The notes: generated by a model not told the origin, from the letters alone. 64,000 bases of DNA from Chrysomallon squamiferum (GCA_012295275.1 CM022670.1:4216001-4280000), one strand, 5' to 3'; positions 42,490 to 58,323 are shown, counted from the first letter of the stretch. Translations and numbers: made by a program.

Positions 42490-43020
42490 AGGATAAAATT
42501 ATTTTCTTATTTTGCGTGATACACAGTAAAATCAATAACCAAAATTTCAAAGGAAAGACAGAAAATTAACTTCTTATTGTGAATGATAAAAATAACTCCT
42601 TGCTTGAAAAAAAAAAAAAAAAAAAGACATATCGTGTAAAATTAACTTTTGAAGGGATCGATATATTGTCGAAATAATTCCACATTTCAAATTATAAACT
42701 TAACTCGCTGACTGAAATAACTGACATACTGTATAAAATTAACTCTTTATTTTGAATGATAAAATTAATTCCTTATTTGAAGTGACTGACTTATCGGATA
42801 AAATTAACTCTCTATTTTGAATGATCAGCTTAACAGCTTATTTGAATCGATCGATATACAGGTCAAAATTAACTTTTATTCTGAAAGATCAAATTAATTA
42901 GTATTGTGAATTATAGAATTGGGTCTTTTATTTCGAGTGATAAAATTATCTAATTATTTTGACTGATAAAATTAACTCCTGATTTCAAGTGACAAAGTAG
43001 AAAATAAACTCTTCATTTTA
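42490..43020. repeat. Degenerate minisatellite, about 30-bp unit
   Basis: Many diverged copies of GATAAAATTAACTC...TATTTTGAAT. Confidence 0.7.
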
Positions 43021-43362
43021 AGGAATGCGAGACAAAAATCAGTGATCGAAATTGAATCGGATGGCATAAGCTGGTCACTGAATTTGATTCCGATTATTTG
43101 ATAGGGGCGACACAAAATCAATTCACGTCTGTACAATTGGATTAACAGCGGCCCGTAATAAGTTAATGTTGTATTAGATTAAGCAGTGCCACATGCTGTT
43201 TGCAGTAAATGAAACGCCAAATTAATAAGAGGAACGAGTCCTTGGAGACAGCTAGGTGATTTCCATTCCGACAGTCTGTCGTTCCGTAATTATCATCTGT
43301 GCATGTGTGTACGTGAGCGTATGTCTCTTTACTTTGTGTATCTGTGCGCTTTATATATACGA

Positions 43363-43413
<51 letters not shown>

Positions 43414-43593
43414 CACATATATACTTAAGTAGGTACGTAAGTAATATAATATATAGTAAAATACACATTTTAATATATTATTACATTTTTTAAAATTTTC
43501 TTTGGTGGTACGTTAAAAATCAAATGTGTATACTGTTTATTATTGTTGATAGAATGCAGTATTTTTTACCTAACTCTTACTATCTGTTTTCTG

Positions 43594-43676
<83 letters not shown>

Positions 43677-44794
43677 TAATATCGACAATGACAATAATTA
43701 TGTGATTTCCCACAACGTAATGAGCACTGATTAGGCGATATCATCGATTCATCATTGTCAGATGCGTCAGGTTACCAAACCAGCATCAACTTGTATCGAC
43801 TGATATTCTACCGGTGCGGGCACAGATAAACACTGTGTCTGCACAAATACAACGTTCGCTGACTCTGAGTTTGTCCATTGTATTTCTTACGTGTGCACTT
43901 TATTTATATATTTATAAACACTGAATACGTAAATGTACACGCACTTCAATAACAGTATACATTCATACGCACACGTAGATGAAGAGAGGAACACGTGCAC
44001 ATTATAATCATGCATGCATACATGAACGTTCTGACGGTTTTATTTTTTTATTAAAAGAAAAGAAAAGTGAAATCGAGAGAGAGAAAAAAAGAGCCGGAAA
44101 TAGAGGGTCGAGGATAGGGGAGGAAATAAAAGAAGGCAGAGAATAGGGGGAGATAATTAAGGAGAAAAACACGACGAGAGAAACAAACACACAGGGAAAG
44201 AAAGACAAACATCAGGAGAACGAGAGAAAAGGAAAGAGAGGTAGAAATAATTACTCGGGGTGTACGACTGTTAAATACAAGACTGAAAGCCAGAGAAAGA
44301 AAGCAAGAACGAGAAGCAGAGTCAAAGAAGAAAAGTGAAAGATTAACAAAATCATATAGCAAGAGAATGCTGGCACTGTTCGCCTTGTTATTGTAATTCG
44401 ATAAAGTAATTTAGCTGTAAATGCCGGAAAGTCATCTGTAGCTGTGTATATCCTGTTCCCTGTTAGTAGTTTACTTTCACATTAATCATCAACACTCTAA
44501 AAGCTTCTTATGATCCAATTAAAACCCAAGCGAACTTTTCGTTGCTGTGTCTTTATTATTTCTGAACATTCTGTGCTGTTTTCGCATATTTTTATTACCA
44601 AGGCTAGGAGGGAAATACGATAAGACCAGTCATTTTTGGTTTTGTAGTTCTGGGGTATTTTTTTTTTTTTTTTTTTTTTTTGGTGTAAAATTATAAATAA
44701 TATTTTCAGAAACATCATCGTTATATATTTAAGTTTAAAATATCAGAATATAATTTAAATTTTAAATTATGCTAATGGAAAAGGTGTGCTCAAA

Positions 44795-44878
<84 letters not shown>

Positions 44879-47517
44879 GAAAGGTTTTGGTTTTTGGATG
44901 ATTGTGAAAATCTAATCTTAGAAAATTTCAATTTAAACCTTGTTATCATTTTTTATTTAATTATTCATAATGTTTTGCTTTGTAGAAATCGTTACCTAAA
45001 CAAAACCGTCTGTCGGGGAATCGTTATATCTGTTCGTTTTACTTGTTCATCGTCGACGTTTATTTCTTTCCAATAATACAACAAGATGACGGACTTTTGT
45101 TATGAACCTTGGGACTATGGATTTTCGCTGCATCATTTTCTTCTCCTGTTTCTGCCAGATTAAGGTTCTAGAAGACCATCAGACAAAATCTAAAATTACA
45201 GAGATACAACTTGTCACTAGTATTTTCAACATTAGCAAGATATACTGATTAGTTTTGTTACCATAGCGGGCAGTCAATTATTTTATTCGCAGTTCTGTTT
45301 CGTTTTACTGTGTCATTTCTATGGTTACCGTTCTATAACGATTATCTACACTTATTACCTACTTTCCGCTGTAGATTGTTTATTAGTTCAGTTTGTTAAC
45401 GATTGCGATTTAACGAGCTGTGGTTAATCCACAAAGCCTTATTTAGTTGACTTACTCAGAAATGTAACGCCGTGCGGCTAATCTCTGGTCTTCGAAACTT
45501 TCTAGCTGTCAGCTTTAATCCCACTGACGTCATTACGTAGACAGCTATTACATCAGGTATCATACTCCTGATTTTATTTAGTTTCTTGTTCTTCTTTTTT
45601 TAAATCTTTTTTTTTCACACATTAAAATAAAACTAATATATTTATTTACATGGCCAATATGGAAAGAACTAAATGCTTAGGTTTAGGGATTTTAAAATTT
45701 AGTGGTACAGCTGCCATAGTAATCAGAATATGTTTTAAATAATTGTAACAACAGGTTAAACAAGCGTTCTGCTTTGGATGGCAATTTAATTTATTTACAG
45801 AATTAAAGATTCACAGATTTTGCCACAAAATGCCGCTGTGGAGTTAAAAGATGAGGATTATGAACTTTACTATTACAGATGAAGTAACACCTGTTTGATA
45901 TATATATATATATATATTATATAAAGGCGAGAATAGATTATTCTAACGGCATTCGCTCTCGTATTGCGTGCTGAAACCAAATTGCTTGAATCTTCATTCG
46001 GAACGAAAACAACACTCAACTTGAACCGTTTCAGTTAATGAAAGTGTGTCACTTTATCCGATGTCTTTGAAAGCATGTTTCCGTCTGTACTGGCTGGTTC
46101 CATTTTGCTGTGAATTACCAGTGACGTCACGCACACTGTTATTGGTTACGGAAAGGACGAGCTGCAGGGGAGGTAATCAGAATCTGCACAAAAATGCTGG
46201 CGACATTTAGAAAACGAAAATTTGTTTAGACACTTGTTAATTACTGTTCCTGTTTAGATTTAAATAGTGATTCATAGATTGATTTATTGTGTAACGTTTT
46301 TAAACTTAAGGTTGATACTGCATATAATCACTCGTTTGCTATTATTGTTATTATTATATTATTGTTATTATTTTTCAATGCGCTATGACAATATTCATAT
46401 GAATCAGAAATTTGTCTGCATTTAAAGAAAGAAAGAAACAAAAATATTCATGGTTTTCGTTTTTGTGCATTTTTCTTCCTTCTCTCTTTTTATTTATTTA
46501 TTTATTTTATAGTTTATGTTACATATTTTAGAGGAGGAAAATGTGCCCACACGAATAAACAAATATAACTTTTAATAAACAAGAGTTTTCTTTTTAGTTT
46601 ATTTTTGTGACATTATTTATTGTATGATTATGAAACACAACAGGTTTTTTTTTCCAAGATAAATAAGCTTAATTTTTAAAAAACAAACTATACATTTAAA
46701 GCATTTCGCAATATCAATTACTGGAAGAGAAAACCAATATCATTTTAGGCCCATTTTTCATTACGTCATGTATCACGCATTGCGTCCTCTAAGCCTCGTT
46801 TGCGAACGTGTCATCTGGAGGGTTACAGAGGATCAGTTCCCAAATTGGATCTGTTTTATATTGATTGCCACGAGTGAGCAAATGATCCACGAAACAAACA
46901 CCAGCATCCAGGCCAATAACTAATTGATAAAAAAAAAAAAAAAAAAAAACGTGCTCGGAATCGCATCCTCGCAATCGAACTGTCTCTAATGGGAAAATTA
47001 AATGATGTCCAATTTGATTAATAGGGGCCGCCGCGGGTTTTACGCCTGCCGTTTGAATCTCGCATCATGGCGGATGTCACCCGGCTTTGTGTTGGCCTAT
47101 TTCTGGCCGTCTGTCGCTGTTGCTGCCAAAGCCGCACGCAGACGTCAGTTCAGTATATCTGAATCTGAATGGTAATAACCGCATAAAATTCCGCGATCGT
47201 CTGATGCAAATGGATATCGAATTGTGTTTAGGATTACAACTCATTTTGTTTCTGGATCAGAGGTAACGTCTGATAGCGAACATTTGCATTAAGTAGGCAT
47301 TACAGAACTGAGGTAATTATTTAAATATACCAGGCATCAAAGATAGCCGCGTGTTCCAGCATTAAAATCATTTTGCGAGGACGTCAGATCGTGCTCGAGA
47401 GCGAAGATAATTGCACGTGGTTAAATAAGACTTGAGAACCTTGATGACAACGGAACTAACGTTTATGTATCAAAGAGGTGCTTTTTTTTTTTTTTTTTTT
47501 TTTTTTACAGTTTTCAA

Positions 47518-47613
<96 letters not shown>

Positions 47614-47752
47614 TTATTAAAGGCAATCAGAGGTAAAGAATTCCTATATAATTCATTTAATCAGTTATTAATCTAATTGTATAAATAACAATTATAACAT
47701 AATAATAATAATAATTTAAGTAATGCAATAATAATGATGATGATAATAATAA

Positions 47753-47790
<38 letters not shown>

Positions 47791-48283
47791 CAACAACAAC
47801 AACAACAAGCATAATAACTATTATCACCATTAAAAAACCACAGCTTCTACGGTTTTTAAATGTTTAAATCCCCGATTACAAATGAATTAATCAGCCTACA
47901 CATCGACATTTAGATTTTACTTATCTAAAGACTCGTATTAGATTACTAATCTCGGATTTAACTCTGTTCCTTTGTCATATTTCTTAGCTAATAAAGAAAC
48001 ATGTGTTAAATACTTTTTCGGTCTGAAAAGACAGATAAAAGACGTCATTTCGACAGTGCTTCGATAAATGTCATTTATTTCTTTTCTTCTTTGTGTTGAT
48101 AAAACACGGATTAATATTTGACGTCGGCAGCAATGATTTATTAAAAGCTGTTTAAAATGTTCTTTAATATTTAATATTTAATATTTACGATATCCAGAGA
48201 TTCTTTTATGACGGTGATAGTGGTGATGGGGGAACCAATAATTAAAAAAATAATTCAGATATTAAATAAAATTTATTAAATAA

Positions 48284-48334
<51 letters not shown>

Positions 48335-49360
48335 AATAAATATACACTAAATTAAAATACTTTATTCTATATTAACAGCTCTAGCAATATATTTGCTTGT
48401 CAACGATATTTCTGAAAAACCGTTAAATATCTGTTCCGAAAATTGCCATATGGTGCCAGGAAAACATTAATGATTTTTATATCACCTTGTTTTATTTTTT
48501 GTGTTCAATAATAACATAATTAACAAAGAAATCATGGTAAATATGATTCAGAATAACAACAAAGTCAGAAAAACTTATGAGTAAATGAGTTATAAAACAT
48601 TTGAAATCTACTATAGTACAGATATTCTATGGGACACAATTAAATATTACATGATTTACCTATGTTTTATGTTGCTTGTAAATAAAATGTAAATATTCCT
48701 CATATTCCGTTCTGTAATAAAGTCAAGTTTGTTTCATCACCAGTTTTATTAATTAACTGTATGCAAAATGTATGTTTAAGAGCTCAAAGTCTTAAAGGTA
48801 ATGCCCTGTATAACACTATTGTGCATATATAATGAATTTCCATTTTAAAGCTAATAAAGAATACAGTATTACTGCATTAATATCACATATAGATTAATCA
48901 AGAAGTTATTTCCTATAAGATTTTTGTCTGACTATATGACGTCGTACTAACTAAAGCCAGAAAGGTCCTGGGCTCACATCCAGATGCTTCTTCCTTGAGT
49001 TAATTAAATAAGTGTAAGACCACAGTGCATCATTTCTTCTCTCTAACTCTTTAACAATCTAACACTGGTAGAAGACAATCTGTGTTTCTTTGTTATGTTC
49101 CACTCTTCACTCTTTCGTCTCTCTAACTGTTTAACATACTAACATTGTCCTGATAGAAAACAATCTATGGTCCTTGGTTGCATACCAAAATGGTGTATGT
49201 AAAAACATTTCAAATGGTTGATCAATATATATTTTTTGAGACAAGTTCATCAGATAAATTAAAGTACGAAAAGAATACTCAGTTTATCATATATTATTAA
49301 TCATTTGTTGTTTTTTATTACTACTACTACTGCTACTACTACTACTACTATCACTACTAC

Positions 49361-49414
<54 letters not shown>

Positions 49415-51736
49415 TCTTCTTCTTATTATTATTATTGTTATTATTATTATTATTATTATTTATTTTACTTTTTCAATTATTTAAAATTAAAAAAAAAAAA
49501 TTTGAAGAAAGAAAAAAAAAAAGAAAAAAAATAGTAAAGAAAAGGAAGAAAAATAAGTCAAGTTTATTTTCAGGACCATGATTCGCAGGATCTATCGTCT
49601 TCAGCGTGCACATTTATTTATGTCCTGTTCAAACCGGTGCCTTATTTTGAGATTTGAAACGATGTGTTATATCTTTTACCTTATAAAACTGTATTGTTCC
49701 TTTTTTTTTTTTTTTTTTTTTTTTTTGGTTGTTTTGGGGTTGTTTTAATTTCTTTTTATTTCTTTGCTTTAGGGGGTGAAGGTGGATAGAGGCGAGTCAG
49801 AGAATTAATTATTACTTGAAATCTATTTTCAGGTTTATTCCCGATTCTGGCATTCCGGAATCTGACAGTGAGATTATAACACATGGTTTTGGTCAGAAGG
49901 TGGACAGCAACTGCGCTCTCATCCGAGGAATGGATGTGGTCTTTACCTCTCTTGACCACAGTCCCATCCGATGTAGTAGTTATGGTGACAAGGCACCTCG
50001 AATACAAACATCTCCATGGTACCGTACCATTCTTGTTACTAATCCGCCATGCATACCTATATCCATCAAGTACTGAGATACAACATTAATTTCATGTCTC
50101 CAAACATTAATTTTCTTGCAATCTCTATTCCGGCTCACCTCTGCTCTTAACTGCTCATTAAAGTTAATCTCGTTAATCGCCCCCTCTGTTCTTCATGCCT
50201 CTAAATTGACCTTAATTATTGACGCCAGTTTTCCCATTTCTGGAAGCGGATTAGAACACCTCACCGATTACCTAATCTGGAGACTGTCAGTTTCGGGAAC
50301 ATACCCTATTTACATAATCACTAACACATTACGATATTATTTCAGATCACAGTGACATTGTAGGACTTGCATGACACAGCAGTCCAGATTCTCCATTTTT
50401 TACCAGAAATAATGACGAAAAAGAAATAAAAACATTAAGAGTTATGCATAAATGTCACTAATCATATTTGTTACAGATTTATAGCAAAATGTGATAGCTT
50501 TATCAAATAAATAAATAACTAGATAAATAATAATAAAAAAATTAATAATATTAATAGCACTTCATTATTCGAGAAATAATTATTGAAGAAAAAGATAATT
50601 TTGAAACCGTTTTTATAATCATATTGGTATGAATAGTGTTTTTAGGTGTTTTATATTCAGTATCTTAACTTAATAATATTTATCATTTAATTAATTAGCC
50701 ATCATGCTTATTAAAAAAAAAATGTTCAGCAACAATTTTCTTTGTATTGCAGTGAATGTTTCAGGCACCTTTGAAGACGACGAAACGTTTTTTTTTTTCT
50801 TTTTCTTTTTTCGTTTCTGTTGTTGTTGTTGTTGTTGTCGTTTTATTGTTTTCTTTGTTGTTGTTTTTTTTCTAAATATTTCTCTCTACACAATCTTTAT
50901 TTTTCTGTTTTTCATTTAGCATAAGTTAATTAGTATTCCAAAAGTAAATATTTAAAGATGTTTTAAATAATTTTCCGTCACAATTCCCGATTTTTTTTTT
51001 TATATATATAACCACAGATCAAACGTAAACGACCTTGACATTTTGAAGTATTCACGTAGAAAGTCAGGTGCTAGTTAACAACAAGATGAGATTATTATAT
51101 ATATCAAAAAAATATATTAATTTTATCGCTCTAGTGTTGGTTGTTACGTTGTATTCAGCACTGAAGGTTCTGTTCCAGTATTTAATTAATTTTGGTGTGA
51201 ATGTCTGCATTGTTCTCCTCCCAGTCCTTCTTCCCGTGATCAGTGCTTGACATTAATCAACAGTTACCTGTTTTGTGCTGATGTAATGAAACCTTTTTAA
51301 CAAACCCGATGTCAAACAGAAACGATACACACTGCAGTAAAGAGAAATACGTAAGCATGACAGAAATATAGATCAAACACAGATGATTTATTACTTCTTT
51401 TTTTATATGTTATTATTATTATTATTATTATTTTTTTTTTTTTTTTATGAATGAAAGGGTAATTTATGGTTGTCATGGTAAATGCTACGTAGTGTGATTT
51501 TTAATTTTGTTTTTTAATTATTTTATTTCATTTTATATTTGTGTCTATTTATTTATTTATTTTGTTTTGTTTCATTTTATTATTATTTTTATTTTCTCTC
51601 TCTCTCTTATTTCCTTGAGTTTATTTCTATGATTACCTGTTTTGTTGGGTTTCGTGATTAAAATTAATTAGTTATTTGAAGTAGGTAAATATAAGAAAAC
51701 AGGAACATATTATTATTATTATAGTTATTATTATTA

Positions 51737-51772
<36 letters not shown>

Positions 51773-52147
51773 AATGTACCAGGAGTAGTAATAATAACAG
51801 TAGTGGTAGTAGTAGTAGTAATAATAATATTGTTGTAGCTGTCATTGTTATTCGGGTTTTTGTAGTGTTGACGATGTTGCTTTTGTTGTTGTAGTTATTA
51901 TTGCTATTGTTGTTGCAGTTGTAATAGTAGAATGCCTTTGTTTATATTTCTATCTCAGTATATATCTTGCAATGTGCATATTTATTCAATATGCAAGATT
52001 TCTAGACACAGTCTTCCATAACTGATGAAAATTCGTCATTCAGATTTTGTCTACAATCTATCAGTTTAGAAATAACTTTGTCCCCTGTTGTGCAATACAT
52101 TTGTACAAGATAACTCAATGTTATAGGCACTTACTGTAGAGATACAG

Positions 52148-52255
<108 letters not shown>

Positions 52256-52529
52256 TAACACACACCAGTCTCATACACAGGCATAATATAGACATACATT
52301 TAATAACGTTTCCCCTGAGCTATAACACCATCTAGAACAGTATTGAAACAAAATTAATTACTACACTGACTGGCAGTGATGTCAAAATGTCTTCGTTCTC
52401 AAACATCTGTTGCCACTGACAGCTGGTGAGGGTCAAGTGTAGTGGACTTAGTGTCCAAACAGAAATGAAAATGATATTACCACTGGCAAACAGGTCAGCT
52501 GGATATTGCCACTTCTCAGCCCGTGTAGC

Positions 52530-53140
52530 TTTTACTGTTGATCACTGACTTTCTGATGGATGTTATTAGTAAAAGCTATCACTTTCTTACAGATTTGTCA
52601 TTTTATTAAATTACATGATATACCATTACTGATGGATATTTTTGTTAAAGCTATTACTCGCTTACTGATCGATCATTTTATTAAATTAGATGATATATCA
52701 TTACTGATGGATATTTTTGTTAAAGCCATTACTCGCTTACTGATTGATCATTTTATTAAATTAGATGATATACCATTACTGATGAATTTTTTTGTTAAAG
52801 CCAACACTCGCTTACTGATCGATCATTTTAATTAAAAGTTGTCTTATCGAAGGATACTATTAGTCAAAGCCACCGTTTTTCTTACTGATGGACTCTTTTA
52901 TCAAATCCAGGACACTTTTTTCTGCTGATGGGTATCAATTTAGTCAAATCCATGACACCCTCTCTTACTGATGAAATTAATTTTAATCAGATTTCTGACC
53001 GATCTGTTCAGTAAAAGCTATGAGACACTCTCTAACTTTTGAACACTTTAAGTCAGTAAAATTACTCTCTTACTGAATTATATAATTTCAGTGAAATCCA
53101 TGACTAACCCGTTTACTGATATATATTTACTGATACTTAC
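52530..53140. repeat. Minisatellite, 75-bp unit made of two about 37-bp subunits, decaying to the right
   Basis: TTACTGATG recurs at 52626, 52701, 52776 (period 75); each unit contains a second TTACTGAT; degenerate CTTACTGA copies continue to about 53140. Confidence 0.85.
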
Positions 53141-53903
53141 TGACACCTTTGTGAGTGAAAACGAACAGTTTTATGTAAAACGAGGAAGTATACACAGAGA
53201 TTTAATTAATTATATCGACAGTGAGATATCTGAGCTGTTTTCACACATTCAGTTATGCATTTCTTTGTTTCTCGCTAATTAAAATACGAAAACGGAAACC
53301 TTATAAAGCTAGTTTCGTGTAATTATTAAATTAAGTAAACAAGAAAATTACTTTTTTTGGAAACAAATTAGGAAAATAAATACTTGATTATTCTGGAAAA
53401 AGTTTTTTATTTACTTATTCTGTGGATTCATTTATTTCGTTAATTATTGTTCAGATTCGTTTATTTAAACAAGTTTCTTTGTTTACACAAATTAAGAAAA
53501 TAATGACGTTTTGAAGAAAAGTAGGCAAAGCAGTAAAACGAAGGACAAACAAACATTTTCTTCAGCTGCGGATCGAAGAGATTTTTGAAAATAATTCTCA
53601 AAAAAAAGACCTCATAAAACCTATACACCATAGTTCACAACATATACACCAATGCTTATTTAGTTATTTAGTTAGTAAGTTAGTAATAGTTATTTATTTA
53701 TTTTGTTGTTGTTGTTTGCTTATTTGTTTGCTGATTCATTATACAATTTAAAGGCAGAACTGTATTATTATTATTATTTTTTTTAAATGCTGATTATCCG
53801 CATATCTTTACGTCAAGGCATCTGCGTGTTTATTTAAATGTCCAGATTATATAAATATTGGCATTAACGTAATTACGCGTGTGTGTGTGTCTGTTTGTGT
53901 GTA

Positions 53904-53966
<63 letters not shown>

Positions 53967-54446
53967 CAGACGACTCTTTAGTCACAAGCCATTGAAATTC
54001 TTGTAATGATAATAAGAAAAAAATCCAGACGTCAAAATCAGCAGTAACTGCAACATCACTGTGCAAACTACGTCACTGGCAGTCACAAAAATTACAGTGA
54101 CGTATTTTTATTACTCCGTGCAACCGATAGTTTAATTTACATTATTTTCTCTGGCATTTACAGCGACCCGAATTCTGACTTCGTTAGCTCTGTTTTATGG
54201 CTAATCTGCCTCGCATTATTACTATAATTAGATACAATAAATGCCCAAACAAGAATGTCAGATGCCTCGGCCTGTCTCAAATAGTCTCATCAATCCAAAA
54301 TTAGAACGTACCTCGGGCTGTTATGTGTTGGGAATGGCAAGACGTGTACAACGTTGTGGCCGTGTGTGTTTGGAATTTTACAGATATAAAGAGGAGGCCA
54401 GCCGCATTCCAGCAAGACATATTTAACATTCATTTATTTATTTACT

Positions 54447-54800
54447 ATAATCAGTCTGTGGGGTAGTTATTGCATGATGGTCTCGTAACAAAAGAAATAC
54501 CATTCAAATAAGGACAAAAAAACAAACAAACAAAAAAAACCCTTAATAATGTCATAATAATAATTTGTCGACAGAAAAGCTCATCTACTTAATTTTATAC
54601 GGTAAGTCCATGTAATCTGTGGTAATTTCCACCAGTGTGACGCGGTCTTTGTGTTTATCTTGGCCTCTACAGACATAATAATCTCGTTAATTATTGGCTT
54701 TAATGCTGACAGGATGTCAACGCTTTAAATATGAGCATTCGAAGATAATGACTTTTTAACTGAAATGACATGTTTAAAGACTTTCTCTATGTCGAAATAT
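54447..54800 (+). repeat. Long inverted repeat, left arm (about 350 bp)
   Basis: Reverse complement of 61593-61932, e.g. AATTTGTCGACAGAAAAGCTCATCTACTTAATTTTATACGGTA vs TACCGTATAAAATTAAGTAGATGAGCTTTTCTGTCGACAAATT. Confidence 0.9.
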
Positions 54801-54883
54801 AATAAAACATTTTTCTATAAAAAAAGGAGAAAGCAATTACATCAATATCAGAAAAAGATGATTTTTTTAATGCTATTTTATTC

Positions 54884-54918
<35 letters not shown>

Positions 54919-54988
54919 TTATTTATTTATTTATTTATTTATTTATTGCAAACGAGAAATAATTATTTATATAATTATAACTACGTAT

Positions 54989-55036
<48 letters not shown>

Positions 55037-56635
55037 ACACACATAATAATATGAAAACTACTAAAACTTATACTAATAAATTACTATTTTTACTACCATT
55101 CAGTAATTAGATTGTAAATGACGATTCAACTAATATAAATTTATTTTCTTTCTTCCTTGCTTCTTTTTTTTTGTATCTATTTACTTTCTCTGGTTTTCTT
55201 TTCTTTATCTGTATCTTTTAATCATGATCGACATCCTAATAATCTGTATTATCACTGTCTTCTACATTTTCTTCCTCTTCTTCTTCATTTAACTCGAGAG
55301 TTGTGAATGCAGTACACAACACACCAAAGTGTTTGACATACTCATTATTTTGTCTGTTATCATCTACGTGTAGTTTCGCCTGAGGTGAAATCTAGCAACG
55401 AAACACCATAAACTCTTTAACCATATTCTCATTGGCAGCAACTATCTGTGCTGGGTATTGAAATTGGTTTTACTATCTTTTGTCCTTAGGTTCCAATTTC
55501 ACTGAGAATCCATCATAATTTACCGATAAAAAAAAAAAAAAAAAATAGGAAGAAGGAATAATGAACATGTAGGTTACCAAATGGGTTGGAAACAAATTGG
55601 AGACCAGATTATTTTTTACATTACAAGACCCCAGGGTCTTTATGGTTTTGTGATTAGTTCGGAGTACTCGCCAAATCACTCTGGGATCAGCCCCGCAAAT
55701 TCATTCATGGCTGATAAAGCAACAGGCTTTTCTCTGCTAATTCCCCAGCCGGATTTGAAGTATAGTAGATAGCAATAATACCGATGTTTATTGGCTTCCT
55801 CGCGGCACTTAACGATGTTTTGAAGGACGTTGCTGTCAGTTTGAATGGCCAGATACCGTCCACGCTACACGTTGTAGATAAGAAGAAGTCTAGGTCTTGT
55901 AAATGGTCCGACAAATTGTTTGTTAACGCTTTAATCAAGTAAATACGAACAAAAATTAGAAATAAAAGTGACAAATGAAATATTACTTGGATGTTGTATA
56001 AGATAGGCAATCGAAAACTGTATAGTAAACTTAAAAGAAAATTATATTTTAAGGATGTTGATCTCTCTTTCTAATCCTTAATCTAGATAAAAATTCTCTC
56101 TTCTGTCCTCTTTACTGAATACATTTTTTTTTCGTATATCCTCTTTACTTGATCAATGATTTTTCTGTAATCTTTGTAATGGATGAAAAAAAAAAAAAAA
56201 AAAAAAAAAAAACATTCTTCACAATAACATGTTTCACAATTAATTTAACGCATAAACATTTCCTCTTTTTACAATTGGATTTACACCAAAATGACGCGAA
56301 CCTTCAATAGGTCAACACCGGTGACTCTACAGTTTAATTAAAATACGGCGTGTTACAAAGACAAAAGTAAACCAAACGTGGTGATCGTAAAGCAAGCTGA
56401 AATATTGATCGCTAGCGACAGTTGTATTCGCTCAGAGCTCTACACGGATCAAGTACATTAACTTGAAAGCTGAGTACATTTCAAAAATATCTTTTATTTG
56501 AAAATGTTTGTGGCTTAAGCAACACGCTATCCTATTAGCAAATTAAAAACTGACATTTGCTTCAAAGACTTGGATGATGGCATTCTTGCAGTGATTGAAT
56601 CAGTGAAATGACATTTAGTCAAAACAGTGCTCTGT

Positions 56636-56724
56636 ATACATACATACATACATGCATGCATGCATGCATACATACATACATACATGCATGCATGCATGCA
56701 TGCATACATACATACATACATACA

Positions 56725-56758
<34 letters not shown>

Positions 56759-56868
56759 CATATATACATACATACATACATACATACAAATATAGGTACG
56801 TTCATAACAATCTAGATACATGCAATAACATGCATATCGTCAAAACCACGGTCGTGAAAAAGAACATT

Positions 56869-56957
<89 letters not shown>

Positions 56958-56962
56958 AATAA
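56636..56962. repeat. (CATA/CATG)n and (AAT)n microsatellites
   Basis: Direct observation. Confidence 0.95.
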
Positions 56963-57628
56963 ATAAATAAATAAACTTCTTTATTTTACTAATATTAGTG
57001 CAGTTCAAGTGACACCCAGTGCTGGACTGTTTTATGCAAAATATCGGTTAAATCTTTTTCAGTGTGATGTGGTCCCTCTCTAATTGCTTTGTCTGGGTCA
57101 TGTTGATAAAATTTAGCCTCAACGAAGAAGCATTTTCAATAACGGCCAATAACAACACCAGTCTTGTATATATATATATATATGAATACAAAAACAAACC
57201 ATTAATTTTTAATAAAGAGATATATAATGACAATGACAATCACTTTAAGAAGACGTATAGAAATCATATACGCTCACTGATGAACAGCCCAAAAGCAATC
57301 TACACTTATAATTAAGCAATGTTTTAATAATCATCAAGGTATTCATGAAAGTCTAAGACGTCTGAGGAATCTTTATTAATATAAATTGACATTTCGTGAA
57401 ATCGCGAAAACTCGATATCAAAAATATTAATTCAGGATTTATAAAGCCAGACGATTCAATAAAAATGTGACATTGCATTAAAAAATAAAATAATAAGAAA
57501 AAACATGTGTGTGAGTCAGTGGTGTAATATTTATCTGTTTATCTGAAAGGACGAACAAATGTTTAGCGAAAAAGATGTCTAAGAAAAGGATTTTTAATAC
57601 CTAGTTTAAATAATTCAAAACGGAGCAA

Positions 57629-57694
<66 letters not shown>

Positions 57695-58323
57695 CAAAAT
57701 AAACAAATAAATCAAATCAAATTAAAAACAATAAAATAAACGAAACCTGACATATACAACTAAAAATCTAAGCAACATAAAATAATAATCCGTTATGCGT
57801 TAAAATTGCAATAAATAAAATATTTTTGTTTTTTATAACTTATATCTATCACGAAAGCCATAACCGAATTTAGTTTTGACACTGGCAGAACAATTTCACA
57901 CAGTTTAAAACAGCAAAAGTTTTTTTTTTTTTTTTAAATAATTCATCTTTGTGAAAAATCAGTTTAAAAATTAGCACTCTAAAACCTTTTAAAAATATTT
58001 ACATAACAACTTAAATCTGAATCATAAAAATCTGTTTCCTTCTGTAACTCAAAATGAGAGTCAAATTTTCTTGATTTTGAGCTGTTTGCAGAGCAGCTCT
58101 GAGGGCACTTCACAGCATTACTAGCACGGAGCTGTCAATAACACGAAGAAATTAGTAAACTCTCGAGGATGTTCTGCGTGGTATTTTGCTTCATTCTGCT
58201 GCTAAATAAAGTCTTGCAAAAACTAACAAGTGTTTAAACATACAATAACACATGCTTGCCTGCATGATAATCGTTAAGATAGTTGTGTGAAAATTGTGAA
58301 ATTTGATGTCGTATGAGATTGTT

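Noticed and set aside
49816-50089. Plus-strand ORFs after a TTTTCAG acceptor-like site
   Set aside because: No recognisable protein, no partner exons.
52371-52415. miR-34-seed-like TGGCAGTG with partial hairpin
   Set aside because: Stem only about 12 bp with bulges and no match beyond the seed.
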